Below are positions 54,865-63,713 of a DNA stretch of 64,000 nt, piece by piece. The DNA comes from a virus. The notes under the pieces were generated by a model. The model saw only the letters and a list, made by a program, of their open reading frames with translations, did not search any database and had not been told where the DNA came from. Both the position numbers and the translations under genes were made by a program. The stretch covers positions 1 to 64,000 of IMG/VR virus record IMGVR_UViG_3300037246_001555. One strand, written 5' to 3'. Positions within the stretch are counted from its first letter, which is position 1; every line of letters begins with the position of its first letter.

Positions 54865-57800
54865 TTACTCCTTCTCCGCAAGAACGGTGTTAATCACCTG
54901 ATTGAGCTTGTTCCGAAACCTGATCGGGCTGGCTGCTTCCGAAGCCGTTTTGTGCCCGCCAACCACTAGCTTAGTGAACAGTGCCTCGTCCTCAACCAGT
55001 TCCGTAACCAGCTCTCCGCCACGTTGAGCGTCCCCCACAGGATAGAGCAGGCAGTTCTCCCTATCCTTCAGGAACTCAGCGCCTGTGTCGGTGGTAACAA
55101 CCGCAACCCCAGCACTCATCGCCTCCAAGGATAGTCGGCCTAGGCCCTCAGTATGGCTAGCCCCGAACCAGACGGTTAGCTGCTTGAGGACGAAAGCCAT
55201 GTCTTTCCGTGAGGCGCTCCTAATGTACTGCATGTGCCAGGGCACCCGCGCCTTCATCTCACCAAAGCCAACAGCTTGGAAATTAGCCTCGTACTTCTTC
55301 TTCAGCGCGTCTATCACAGCCATTGCTTCTGGCGTCCCCTTGAGGGGGTGGTCATGAACCAAAGTGCCGAGACGGAACCCTGCTTCGCCGCTGCCGTAGG
55401 TGCGGTTGGTGGGAGGCATATTGAACATCTCGTGTCCATAGTGGTACCACCCAACCACGGTGACCTTGTCCTCCGGCCAAGCCTTATGGTCCCAGTCATC
55501 TACCGGATTGATACACGCACCGCGAAGCCACTCGGTGCTCGTCATGATGTGGTCCCAAGGCAGATTCAGGTTATCGTTCTCGGTCTTCTTGAACCTAGCG
55601 TTGTGACTCAACTTGTACATGATGAACTTCTTGTTGGGGAAGTCCGTCATGAGCTTCTCGGCAAACGGGTTGTCCGAGTTGATGATCACGACCTCTACGT
55701 CTTCCGGCACCTCTTCCCACGCGGTACGAACATTGATCCTCTTCGCCATGTTCAGAACCTCAGGGTTCCAGTCGGTGTAAATAGTGGACAGCTCCACATT
55801 GTGTCCTAGCGCCTGGATCTGCTTGGCGGCCGAGATGATAGTGGTCGGTCCGCCGTGCTTGCGTAGATGCGGAGTGACCACCTCGATGCGGGTCTTGTTC
55901 ACTTCAGGCTCAGGCGGAAACACGAAGTTGATGAAGCGCTTCACTGTCTCGTGGCGGTTAACTGATTTATGCAGAAGCGCTCTTCTTACCCCCTTCTTTT
56001 CTTTCCATGAGAGGGCGAGATTTGCCGCCCTTCCCGGCCTGTCCTGTACCGTGACGCGCGTATCCCAAGCCTCCTCGTACTCGTGGATACCCTTGTTCTC
56101 TCGGGTGATAACGCGGCACCCCGAGACTAGCGCCTCCAGTCCAGGCATCCCGTAGGAGTGGATCTCGGAGGGGTCTACGAACACGTCCACCTCACTGCCT
56201 AGAAGCGCCGCCATCTTTGCTTGTGAGAGGTTGCCGACACAAGTGACGCCTCGCCGCCCCGGCAGCGCCTTGGGGCCGATTGCTAGCACGCGAATGTCGG
56301 GTCTTTTTTCCGGCTTTAAAGCGTCAAGAAACTCAAAGGCCCAGTCCTTTCCCTTGAATGGGTAGATATCGTTGATCAAAATAGCGATGGTGTATCGCTC
56401 ATCTCCGTCTTCACGATTGCGCATGTGGAACAAGTCCATATTTACCCCAGGCAAAATAACCCCAGGCACAGCAGCCCCGATGTTCCGAAGCTCTTTAGCG
56501 ATCCAGTTGGAGGCGCAGATGTTAGGTAGCCTCTTGTACGACTCCAGAAAAGCCGGGATCAAGTCCTCTCTACCCGTGCTAGTAGCTAGGGCAACGTCGT
56601 AGCTTTGGACGAAGTTAAGGCCCTCGATACCCTTATAGCTTTGATCAATGTCCCACACCAGAGGGGTTAACTCAGTTACGGCGGCAAATACCTTACCGTT
56701 CATGAAGACTCGTTGGGTGAAGGTAGAGGTGAACTCGTCATGGCTTTTGAACAGAATCGGGGCTGTCCGAAGGTTGCTGACCACTTGAAGGTTGAGGGGT
56801 TTTTCCTCATCATAGCTCTCTAGCACTACGCAGACCTTAGCGTTGTACCCGTTCTCGATTAGTTCATTTACGATATCAGCGATGAAGTTCATGCCCCCGC
56901 ACGTCCCTGCGGACTTAACTACGAAGGCAATGTTACCCCGGTAGATTTTCTTGAAGGCCTCTTTTGGCAGCTTGGACCTAAGGTGATCCACGCACCCCTT
57001 GGCGTCAAAGCCGTTCTGCCACGACCCAAAGTCCGGATGAAGCTCATTGAATCTGGAGCTGCCACTCTTGCGCAGCCCCATATGCTCTCCTTCGCCGAGC
57101 TGGCTGAAGCTGGTTCCTCGCTCGTGGAAGACGTAGGCGTTGTCCGCGATTACCCCGCGGTTCCGTAGAATGATCCCCCTCTCGTCCGTTTGCTTGATGG
57201 CTTTGAACCAGAAATCCGTCTCCTCGCCATACGAGATGTATGCTTCATCGAACGGTCCGACTTCCTCCCAAGTGCTTCGGCGCGTAGTGAAGCAGAAGCC
57301 AGTCGGCATGATCTCGTTGTACGTGAGGGCGTTCGGTGCTTTAGCCACCGCGTCCGCCATGTCGATATAGCTGCACCCGTTGTACATGGATACGTTCACC
57401 AACGCTGTATTGTTGGTTACTGGATTCACGATTACGTTCCGCTCGTCTGCTTCCAGGGCCATGAGCTGCCTCACCAGCCAGCCCTTAGTCACGATGGTGT
57501 CGCTGTTCAAGATGCAGACGTATGGGTTACTGCCTTCGGCCACGCCACGATTAGCCGTCGGCGCGAATCCTCGATTCTTTCGGTTGTAGAGGACGGTGAT
57601 AGACGGGTGAGCCTTGTCCTTGACTACCGATTCGAGGTACTTCCGTACAGCAGGATCGGGAGAGCAATCGTCTACAATGATTAGATTGTAGTCCCACTCG
57701 GTTCTCTTGGCGATACTCTCCAGACAAGGCTTCAGAACGTGCAGGCCTCCGTAGACGGGGACCACGATATCCACCGGACCCTTCAGCTTCCCAATCGTGT

Positions 57801-57972
57801 TGAACACGTCCGGTCTAGCTGACGGCGTCTCAGTGGGTAGATTGGCCGCGATAGCTTGAATCATCTCTGGCGTGGGCGCGATCTCAGTCCGTTTGGACAT
57901 GAGCTGATCGGTGAATGCCGCGTGGTCCGTCTCGTTGGGTTGGCCCCAGATCCCGTTTCTATCAAAGGGCAT
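54865..57972 (-). CDS. Multidomain glycosyltransferase (GT2 plus two GT4/GT-B-like domains)
   Basis: IVVPVY, IVDDCS, LNSDT, GEETD; then YGMPGLEALVSG and EGLGRLSLEAMSAG. Confidence 0.85.
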   Translation of the reverse strand: MPFDRNGIWGQPNETDHAAFTDQLMSKRTEIAPTPEMIQAIAANLPTETPSARPDVFNTIGKLKGPVDIVVPVYGGLHVLKPCLESIAKRTEWDYNLIIVDDCSPDPAVRKYLESVVKDKAHPSITVLYNRKNRGFAPTANRGVAEGSNPYVCILNSDTIVTKGWLVRQLMALEADERNVIVNPVTNNTALVNVSMYNGCSYIDMADAVAKAPNALTYNEIMPTGFCFTTRRSTWEEVGPFDEAYISYGEETDFWFKAIKQTDERGIILRNRGVIADNAYVFHERGTSFSQLGEGEHMGLRKSGSSRFNELHPDFGSWQNGFDAKGCVDHLRSKLPKEAFKKIYRGNIAFVVKSAGTCGGMNFIADIVNELIENGYNAKVCVVLESYDEEKPLNLQVVSNLRTAPILFKSHDEFTSTFTQRVFMNGKVFAAVTELTPLVWDIDQSYKGIEGLNFVQSYDVALATSTGREDLIPAFLESYKRLPNICASNWIAKELRNIGAAVPGVILPGVNMDLFHMRNREDGDERYTIAILINDIYPFKGKDWAFEFLDALKPEKRPDIRVLAIGPKALPGRRGVTCVGNLSQAKMAALLGSEVDVFVDPSEIHSYGMPGLEALVSGCRVITRENKGIHEYEEAWDTRVTVQDRPGRAANLALSWKEKKGVRRALLHKSVNRHETVKRFINFVFPPEPEVNKTRIEVVTPHLRKHGGPTTIISAAKQIQALGHNVELSTIYTDWNPEVLNMAKRINVRTAWEEVPEDVEVVIINSDNPFAEKLMTDFPNKKFIMYKLSHNARFKKTENDNLNLPWDHIMTSTEWLRGACINPVDDWDHKAWPEDKVTVVGWYHYGHEMFNMPPTNRTYGSGEAGFRLGTLVHDHPLKGTPEAMAVIDALKKKYEANFQAVGFGEMKARVPWHMQYIRSASRKDMAFVLKQLTVWFGASHTEGLGRLSLEAMSAGVAVVTTDTGAEFLKDRENCLLYPVGDAQRGGELVTELVEDEALFTKLVVGGHKTASEAASPIRFRNKLNQVINTVLAEKE

Positions 57973-57974
57973 TA

Positions 57975-58211
57975 CTAATCTCCCACCACAAAGACTTCTA
58001 TTTCCGTTTCGTCTTCATTAGCATTGTCAAGTCCATACCATTCATATAGGTCTCCGTTTTCGGGATTTCCTATTACGCCTACTTTGGCACGAGTAACCCA
58101 ATAAATAGGAAAGTACTCATGATCTCCGCCCGAACTAACTACACGTAAATCGTCGGGTACGTTTTCGAGCGCCTTGCGAAGATCCTTAACTGTCACTACT
58201 CGCGTTGCCAT
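57975..58211 (-). CDS. Small hypothetical protein (TV.DL...L family)
   Basis: N-terminus similar to ORF 59458-59682; AT-richer DNA. Confidence 0.5.
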   Translation of the reverse strand: MATRVVTVKDLRKALENVPDDLRVVSSGGDHEYFPIYWVTRAKVGVIGNPENGDLYEWYGLDNANEDETEIEVFVVGD

Positions 58212-58787
58212 TTACTTCTCCTTCCCTAGCAGTATCCGTTTGACGAATTCGTTTCGCACGTCCTCGCCTTCAGTCTGCGGCACCTCGATGACGGGCAAAT
58301 CCCAGCGAATGCAGTACCCAGCGATGAGGGCGTCGATCTGGCTTTGCCAGCTCATGAGGTTTTGACGGACGCCGTCGCTTTCCCCTTCCCAGTAGCCCCA
58401 GGGGAAATAGAAGATGTGGCTGTAGGTAGAGAGCATTGAGGCGCGAACCTTCTCTTCGAACTCAAGGTATGTGTTGTCCGGCATGAAACCACCGCAGTAG
58501 GCCAGGCAGTAGCAGTAGTGATCGAGTATTGTCCTGTCCGCTACATAGCTGAAATTTTGATCTTGCCTGAACTTCTCATCGAAGATTCTGGTTTGGAGCG
58601 ATAGTTTTCCGTTGTCCGGTAGGGCCAACACTGAATTTTCGGTTAGATCTTCCGACTCGTAGATGATCCTCGCGGCGCTCTTGAGCAGGGGAAGGTCCAG
58701 CTCTCTAGCGAGGAACTCGGCTGTGGTGGTTTTGCCAACTCCTCCAGCACCCGTGAAAGCGATTCTTGTACCTTGACGAATTGACAT
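58212..58787 (-). CDS. P-loop kinase (AAA_28/NadR-like; possible dNMP kinase)
   Basis: IAFTGAGGVGKTT, VADRTILD, DGVR. Confidence 0.75.
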   Translation of the reverse strand: MSIRQGTRIAFTGAGGVGKTTTAEFLARELDLPLLKSAARIIYESEDLTENSVLALPDNGKLSLQTRIFDEKFRQDQNFSYVADRTILDHYCYCLAYCGGFMPDNTYLEFEEKVRASMLSTYSHIFYFPWGYWEGESDGVRQNLMSWQSQIDALIAGYCIRWDLPVIEVPQTEGEDVRNEFVKRILLGKEK

Positions 58788-58809
58788 ATTGATCAAACCT
58801 CCCGAAGGT

Positions 58810-58856
58810 GAAAGTGGGGGGACCCCTCCGTCCCCCCTAGTCGCGGCCCGCGACTA
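58810..58856 (-). terminator. Double hairpin / probable terminator after ORF 58854-59363
   Basis: Minus strand: TAGTCGCG-ggc-CGCGACTA, then GGGGGGA-cggagggg-TCCCCCC-ACTTTC. Confidence 0.55.
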
Positions 58857-59363
58857 AAAGATGCGACCGATCAGCGGGATCGCCTGGAAGAAGCGGCGAA
58901 CCACGTTGTTCCGCCACCGCAGCGTATCGTCAACCCGCTTGAGAGTGCGGTCACCGGCTTCGGTGTCTCCCTGCTCATAGTACATCTGGGCGAGGGTGAA
59001 GAGTAGACACACCTCGTCCGGTCCGCCCATCGAGCCTCCGCCCATCTGAGTATTGGCGGTGAGGCCAGCCTGGCAGGTACCCAGGATCAGGGTGCTGGGG
59101 CTGGAGGCCGAGTTCTCGGCGTCTTCGAACACGACGTTCGAGCTGGAATCGACCTGGGCGCTACCGGCAGTGGCAGAGCTGTTGCCGGAGCCGAACACGC
59201 CAGCACCGGCTGCCGCACCGGCAAAGGCCGTCGAAGAGGCGGCTGCCTCGGAGGTGGAGCCGCCGCCGCAGTTGCCCTTGCAGCTAGACTTGTCCTTGCT
59301 GGCGAAGGCTGGCCCCGCAAACAGGATGGCAGTCAAAGCCGCCAGAATCGTGAAATATCGCAT
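58854..59363 (-). CDS. Secreted/membrane Ala/Ser-rich protein
   Basis: Signal peptide MRYFTILAALTAILFAGPAFA; own promoter motif and terminator. Confidence 0.6.
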   Translation of the reverse strand: MRYFTILAALTAILFAGPAFASKDKSSCKGNCGGGSTSEAAASSTAFAGAAAGAGVFGSGNSSATAGSAQVDSSSNVVFEDAENSASSPSTLILGTCQAGLTANTQMGGGSMGGPDEVCLLFTLAQMYYEQGDTEAGDRTLKRVDDTLRWRNNVVRRFFQAIPLIGRIF

Positions 59364-59409
59364 ATTGAGTTTCTCCCTAAAATGAGGTGTGAGAGATCAA
59401 TTCGTCTCT

Positions 59410-59428
59410 CTAGTAAATAATGCCGTTT
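59410..59428 (-). promoter_or_regulatory. Conserved phage promoter-like motif, copy 8
   Basis: AAACGGCATTATTTACTAG on the minus strand upstream of ATG 59363. Confidence 0.75.
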
Positions 59429-59457
59429 CGTGCTAGTCGGTGGCCGAACTTTCTCGT

Positions 59458-59682
59458 TTAATCTGGGGCGTCGCCGATACTGGTGTAGGGTATTACAAAG
59501 GCGTCCTCGGGCTCGCTGTCACAAATCTCCCTCCAGTCCCAGTAAGAGTCACCGACCGACAGGCTATTGACCCTCCAATCCCAAGAATTGACTCTTAGGC
59601 CCTCTCCGAAATGACCCTTCACTACGATCTCTAGAGAGCCGTCAATACCTTCGAGTTTCTCGCGTAGATCGTCAACTGTCAC
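59458..59682 (-). CDS. Small hypothetical protein
   Basis: MTVDDLREKL, related to ORF 57975-58211. Confidence 0.5.
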   Translation of the reverse strand: MTVDDLREKLEGIDGSLEIVVKGHFGEGLRVNSWDWRVNSLSVGDSYWDWREICDSEPEDAFVIPYTSIGDAPD

Positions 59683-60308
59683 GGCGTCACCCCGTACCCA
59701 AAACTCTCCAGTGATAGGTCGAAATCTCCCGTCCCCCTAACTAGCTCCAGCATCTCAGCCGCTATCTCTTGGATCTCCAGTTGAGCGTCCGGCTTGTTCC
59801 TAAGTCCTTGGAAGTGCATGAAGGATCGGAAGTTGAAGCTGACGTCCATGACTGTTTGATTAGCGTAAGGCAGCATGAATCTGGCCGACTCCTTGGCTCT
59901 CTTGCGGGAGAGACCGGACAGCCCTAGCCGCGTGAGCAACAGGTGATAGTCCTTGTACCGTTCTTCCATCTCGCTTTGGAATTGCTCCTTGATATCCTCA
60001 GGCCAGTCCTCAGGAACGAGCCACTTGTCCCCCTTCAGCTCCTTGTACCTAGCCGACTCGGCGTTTATGCTCACTCCGATACGGTGTTTGATCAAATGGA
60101 TGTGGCTGGCGGTATCGCAAGTCACGAGAAAGTGCAGCATGCTCTTTTCGAACGGGGTGTGGTGTCCCGCCCTAGCTAGCGTCCCCAGGAAGCTCCCTAT
60201 TCTTGCCCTCTTATCTGGAGTCAGTTCTCTCTCTGTTGAGGACCAACCACTTAGCGCGTGGGTAAGATCGCCGCCGTAATGGCCTAGTAGCTCTACTTTG
60301 TTGTCCAT
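59679..60308 (-). CDS. thyX: FAD-dependent thymidylate synthase
   Basis: GHHTPFE, KHRIGVSINAESARY (RHRx7-8SxR variant), KESARFMLP, AQLEI. Confidence 0.9.
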   Translation of the reverse strand: MDNKVELLGHYGGDLTHALSGWSSTERELTPDKRARIGSFLGTLARAGHHTPFEKSMLHFLVTCDTASHIHLIKHRIGVSINAESARYKELKGDKWLVPEDWPEDIKEQFQSEMEERYKDYHLLLTRLGLSGLSRKRAKESARFMLPYANQTVMDVSFNFRSFMHFQGLRNKPDAQLEIQEIAAEMLELVRGTGDFDLSLESFGYGVTP

Positions 60309-60312
60309 ACCT

Positions 60313-60462
60313 CTACCCCATCCCCCAGATTGTGCGGTGCCTGATTTCACCCCAAGAATGTTTCTGGCACCGCTCAAGCTTCTCGGGACTTATAGCAGTG
60401 CAGTGGCAACTGAATAAGTGATGATACTCCTCAGGTTTCTCAGGCTTGGACTTTAGTCTCAT
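60313..60462 (-). CDS. Small hypothetical protein
   Basis: ATG 60462 after GGGAG. Confidence 0.35.
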   Translation of the reverse strand: MRLKSKPEKPEEYHHLFSCHCTAISPEKLERCQKHSWGEIRHRTIWGMG

Positions 60463-60587
60463 GGTGTTCTCCCTAGTAAATAGTCTACGAGGCTGTATTC
60501 GGTCGGAAAGAGTAGCGTGCACACAACCCCGAGTGCCGCCACTGCCCAGAAGATATGGATCAGGCTCAGATTAGATCCCCGCTTCAT
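60459..60587 (-). CDS. Small membrane peptide (42 aa), not in ORF track
   Basis: MKRGSNLSLIHIFWAVAALGVVCTLLFPTEYSLVDYLLGRTP. Overlaps both neighbours in operon style. Confidence 0.4.
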   Translation of the reverse strand: MKRGSNLSLIHIFWAVAALGVVCTLLFPTEYSLVDYLLGRTP

Positions 60588-60990
60588 CGCGAGCTTTTAG
60601 CGCTTCTTCAATAGTGGTGTAGGTCCCTATATTTCCAGCCGCCCTTGATTTTACTTGCCACCTTTCTCGATTACGGTAGATATGGTGCATGGGGTTATTC
60701 CTACGACAGCAATGATTACGGAGGTTCTCTCTGTGGGTTACCGTACGTAGATTTTCTCGTCGATTGTCCAACGTGTCCCCGTTTATGTGATCCACCTCTA
60801 AGCCCTTAGGCTCGTTCATTAGAACTCGATGTAGGTACGTGAATTGTCTTGTCTTATGGCAACGCCTTGCCGCATAGATTTTTCCGTGTCCGCTGTCGTG
60901 AGCATACCACTTAAAGCTACCTACCAACTTTTCATCTTCGTTGTCAATAAGCGCAGTCAGCCCTTTAGATAACGCAACTGTCGCCATCAC
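60571..60990 (-). CDS. HNH homing endonuclease
   Basis: YLHRVLM...VDHINGDTLDNRRENLR and AP2-like tail. Confidence 0.85.
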   Translation of the reverse strand: MMATVALSKGLTALIDNEDEKLVGSFKWYAHDSGHGKIYAARRCHKTRQFTYLHRVLMNEPKGLEVDHINGDTLDNRRENLRTVTHRENLRNHCCRRNNPMHHIYRNRERWQVKSRAAGNIGTYTTIEEALKARDEAGI

Positions 60991-62938
60991 ACCCTCGCTC
61001 TTCTATCCTATCTTCTGGACCGATTACGTCGTAGCGAACCTTCTTTATCTTGCTAGACTGTTCTTCGTACTGCTCCTTGGTGATCTTCTCGTACGGCGCT
61101 TGCTTGTAGAGCTTGTCCCCGCGGAGCGGCAAGAAGGACACGGCCTTGAGCCTCTTCTCGTACATCGTCAAGGCATGAGCCAGGTCCGCCTCATCCTCCT
61201 TGCGCACGGTGATCGTCACGCTGACTTGGTTGTCCGACCATTTCGCCTGCATGGCAGCAGATAGTTCAAACTGCTCCCAGACGGAGATCTGATCCTTGGA
61301 CCGTTCGAAGTGCGGCTCATGGACGGGGAATTCTACCACCATAGTGTGCTCTTGTTCGTATGCGTCCGGCACCACGTTGTAACCGGCCTCCTTCATGATC
61401 CCCACCAGCTCGCTGTTCTTGTTCACTCGGACCCTCCGAATGTAGTACTCGGAGTGGGGGAAGTGAATACCCGGCGTAACCCCAGGCAGGAGGCTAACGG
61501 TGCCAGAAGGCTTGACCGTGGTCACCTTCCGCGAGCGAGGGATGCACAGCCAGTCAGAGTAAACAACGTCCCACTTCTTGACTGTCTGGTAGCCGTCTTC
61601 GCACCAGTTGAGATGCTCTCGGAAGCCTACCTTGTTGATTTGTTCAATGATCCCGCTCTGGCTGAGCCCGATACGGCGGTTTCGAAACATCACCGCGTTC
61701 GTCCGCGGATCGTGAGTAGAGATTAGAGTCACGGTTTTGGCGTACATATAAGCGTACTTTAGAGTGCGCGTGTAGTCCTCCAGGGTGGTGTGCCTAGAGG
61801 GGAATGTCTCCACGAGATTGCACAGCTCAAACGATTCCAAGCTCTGCTCTCCGCAGGGGTTACAGCCCTTTACTCGGTGGTCTTTATGCGTCTTGCCGTC
61901 ACACGTACGCCCATATGCCCTAGCGTTGTCCAACCAAAAGATCCCCGGTTCGCCATTCTTGATTGCACGAGCGGCGATCTCATCGTAGTTCATTCCGATG
62001 TGGCCTATGATGCTGTTATTGGACGCCCATCGGGCCTTCTCCGGGTTGTTGATGTTCTCCTCACTCTTCAGATCCAGAAACTCCTCATCATCGGGGCTGC
62101 CGAAAGCGATCTCTGCTGTGCGTCGGATGCCTCCCGCAACTACCGCCTCTCCGGCGTAGTTCATCAAGTCCACGATAAGAGTGGAGTCCACACGAAGATC
62201 CGGCCCAGCATAAGTGTCGCACAGTTTGATCGTACGCTCAATCAGTTTCTTTAGCGGGTCCGGGCCGGGGGCGATTCCGCCAAAGCCCTTTATCGGGCTG
62301 CCTGCCCCTCGAATCTCGCTGAAGTCAAACTCCGAAGGTAGGGTGTCCCGTCCCGAGTATGAATCCAACACCCGCTTGAATGCCGCTGTCCAGCCCTCTC
62401 TGCTATCCTCTACTACGTGCTTCTCCTTGGTGATACGAGGAACTCTCAACTCTACGTCAAGCTGTGACCCGTCAGTATCGAACCCTACTCCCACGCCTAG
62501 AAGAGACATGTCCATCAACCACACAAAGGGGGCTGAGAATTCTCTGTTGATCTCGTCCGTGGACACAAATCCGCAGTTGTTAAGGCAAGCGCCCCCTCTT
62601 TCGAACATGAAAGGCGTGCCCATCGACCACAGACCCCTCCCGGGAGGGAGGAACTCCATGTCAAAGATCAGCCGGTACATCTCCTGAGCAGAGTGCTGCG
62701 CGCGGCGCTCGTTCCACGGCAACTTCCAATCATGACAGTGGATTTTCTGCACGAGGAAGCAGCCCTCAACTACACGTTGAGTTGTCTGCCACCACTCCTC
62801 GGTCTTACTACCTACGGTTGGGCGCGCGTACGTTCGCTTATAGCTGAAGTAGCCTAGTGGGCCCCACAGAACGGTTTTACGCTTATACTTCTTTAGGAAG
62901 TTATCTGTGAGTCTGAACTCAATCTCACGATGAATCAC
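60965..62938 (-). CDS. nrdJ: Adenosylcobalamin-dependent (class II) ribonucleotide reductase, monomeric type
   Basis: PPGRGLW, LNNC, GVGVGFD, NPCGEQ.L...ELCNL, TVKPSGT, C-terminal CDGDSC. Confidence 0.92.
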   Translation of the reverse strand: MIHREIEFRLTDNFLKKYKRKTVLWGPLGYFSYKRTYARPTVGSKTEEWWQTTQRVVEGCFLVQKIHCHDWKLPWNERRAQHSAQEMYRLIFDMEFLPPGRGLWSMGTPFMFERGGACLNNCGFVSTDEINREFSAPFVWLMDMSLLGVGVGFDTDGSQLDVELRVPRITKEKHVVEDSREGWTAAFKRVLDSYSGRDTLPSEFDFSEIRGAGSPIKGFGGIAPGPDPLKKLIERTIKLCDTYAGPDLRVDSTLIVDLMNYAGEAVVAGGIRRTAEIAFGSPDDEEFLDLKSEENINNPEKARWASNNSIIGHIGMNYDEIAARAIKNGEPGIFWLDNARAYGRTCDGKTHKDHRVKGCNPCGEQSLESFELCNLVETFPSRHTTLEDYTRTLKYAYMYAKTVTLISTHDPRTNAVMFRNRRIGLSQSGIIEQINKVGFREHLNWCEDGYQTVKKWDVVYSDWLCIPRSRKVTTVKPSGTVSLLPGVTPGIHFPHSEYYIRRVRVNKNSELVGIMKEAGYNVVPDAYEQEHTMVVEFPVHEPHFERSKDQISVWEQFELSAAMQAKWSDNQVSVTITVRKEDEADLAHALTMYEKRLKAVSFLPLRGDKLYKQAPYEKITKEQYEEQSSKIKKVRYDVIGPEDRIEERGCDGDSCVI

Positions 62939-63237
62939 TTCCGAATCTCCTTGTTACCGGGAGTCCAGTCCCAGTCTGGTTTCTCCTCTCTAATCTTTGT
63001 TGCTACTTTGTCCATACACTGTTCAGTCATATGGGAGTAGTCACTTCCTACCAGTATATGAGCTTCGTCCTTCTGCATGAATTTCCCGCACCCCGCGCAT
63101 CTTCGGTGTTTAGACGAGATGATTGGAGCAGGGTTCTCAGCGGCGCTCGCCATAACCTCCGCGGTGTGGTTCCTAAATTGAGCTGTCCACGCCCGTATCT
63201 GCTCGGCCGTCATACCCCAGAACATTACGTCAACCAC
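62935..63237 (-). CDS. Hypothetical protein with CxxC
   Basis: CAGCG...H...C, ClpX-type Zn-finger-like. Confidence 0.45.
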   Translation of the reverse strand: MVDVMFWGMTAEQIRAWTAQFRNHTAEVMASAAENPAPIISSKHRRCAGCGKFMQKDEAHILVGSDYSHMTEQCMDKVATKIREEKPDWDWTPGNKEIRK

Positions 63238-63713
63238 ACCATCTTCGGAAAGAGGCGCCCCTCGATAGTGAAATCTCTACCGAACACTTCAACGTGCTGG
63301 CGTTCGTACTCGGACGCTCTAATCCAGCCGTCTTTAGTCATGAAGCCCCAATCCTTCAAGTGCTTAAAGGCAATGAACAAAGTCCAGCACGAACCCGGCT
63401 CATCCCCATCAATCAGCTCCAGACGATGAAACTCCTTGGCGCTGCGGAAGATAATGTCCCCCGCTTTTCTATCCAGATATGTGCCGTCCATGAAGTGCTC
63501 GCGGTATCTCCCCTTCAGGATGATACTGATATTCCACCAGGGATGGCAATGCAAATCATCCGGGTCATTAGCCCACAGCCTATGCAGATATGTGCGGCCC
63601 TGCTTGGACCTCCAAAGGAAGTACCGCTCAAGGTAGTCTGCCTCGTTGCGCTTAATCATACGCCAAGAGCCCCGCCGCTTCAACCCCTCTAAGATGAGAT
63701 TAGTTACTGACAT
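63225..63713 (-). CDS. Cupin-like phage protein
   Basis: YLERY, LH.....DDLHCHPW..ISIILKG.Y.E, FHRLEL, WGF. Confidence 0.55.
   Translation of the reverse strand: MSVTNLILEGLKRRGSWRMIKRNEADYLERYFLWRSKQGRTYLHRLWANDPDDLHCHPWWNISIILKGRYREHFMDGTYLDRKAGDIIFRSAKEFHRLELIDGDEPGSCWTLFIAFKHLKDWGFMTKDGWIRASEYERQHVEVFGRDFTIEGRLFPKMVWLT

Noticed and set aside
60473-60482. Ninth copy of the promoter motif
   Set aside because: Only the TATTTACTAG core matches, and it lies within a probable small ORF (DYLLG). Counted as partial at best.
2631-62687. Numerous antisense or nested ORFs in the ORF track (e.g. 2631-3296, 47303-47893, 55234-55809)
   Set aside because: They are shadows of well-supported genes on the opposite strand or frame, without RBS or recognisable motifs.
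60965-62938. Intein or intron in nrdJ (also checked terL)
   Set aside because: Lengths and motif spacing are continuous, with no intein C-terminal HN/C-S-T signature or frame break seen.
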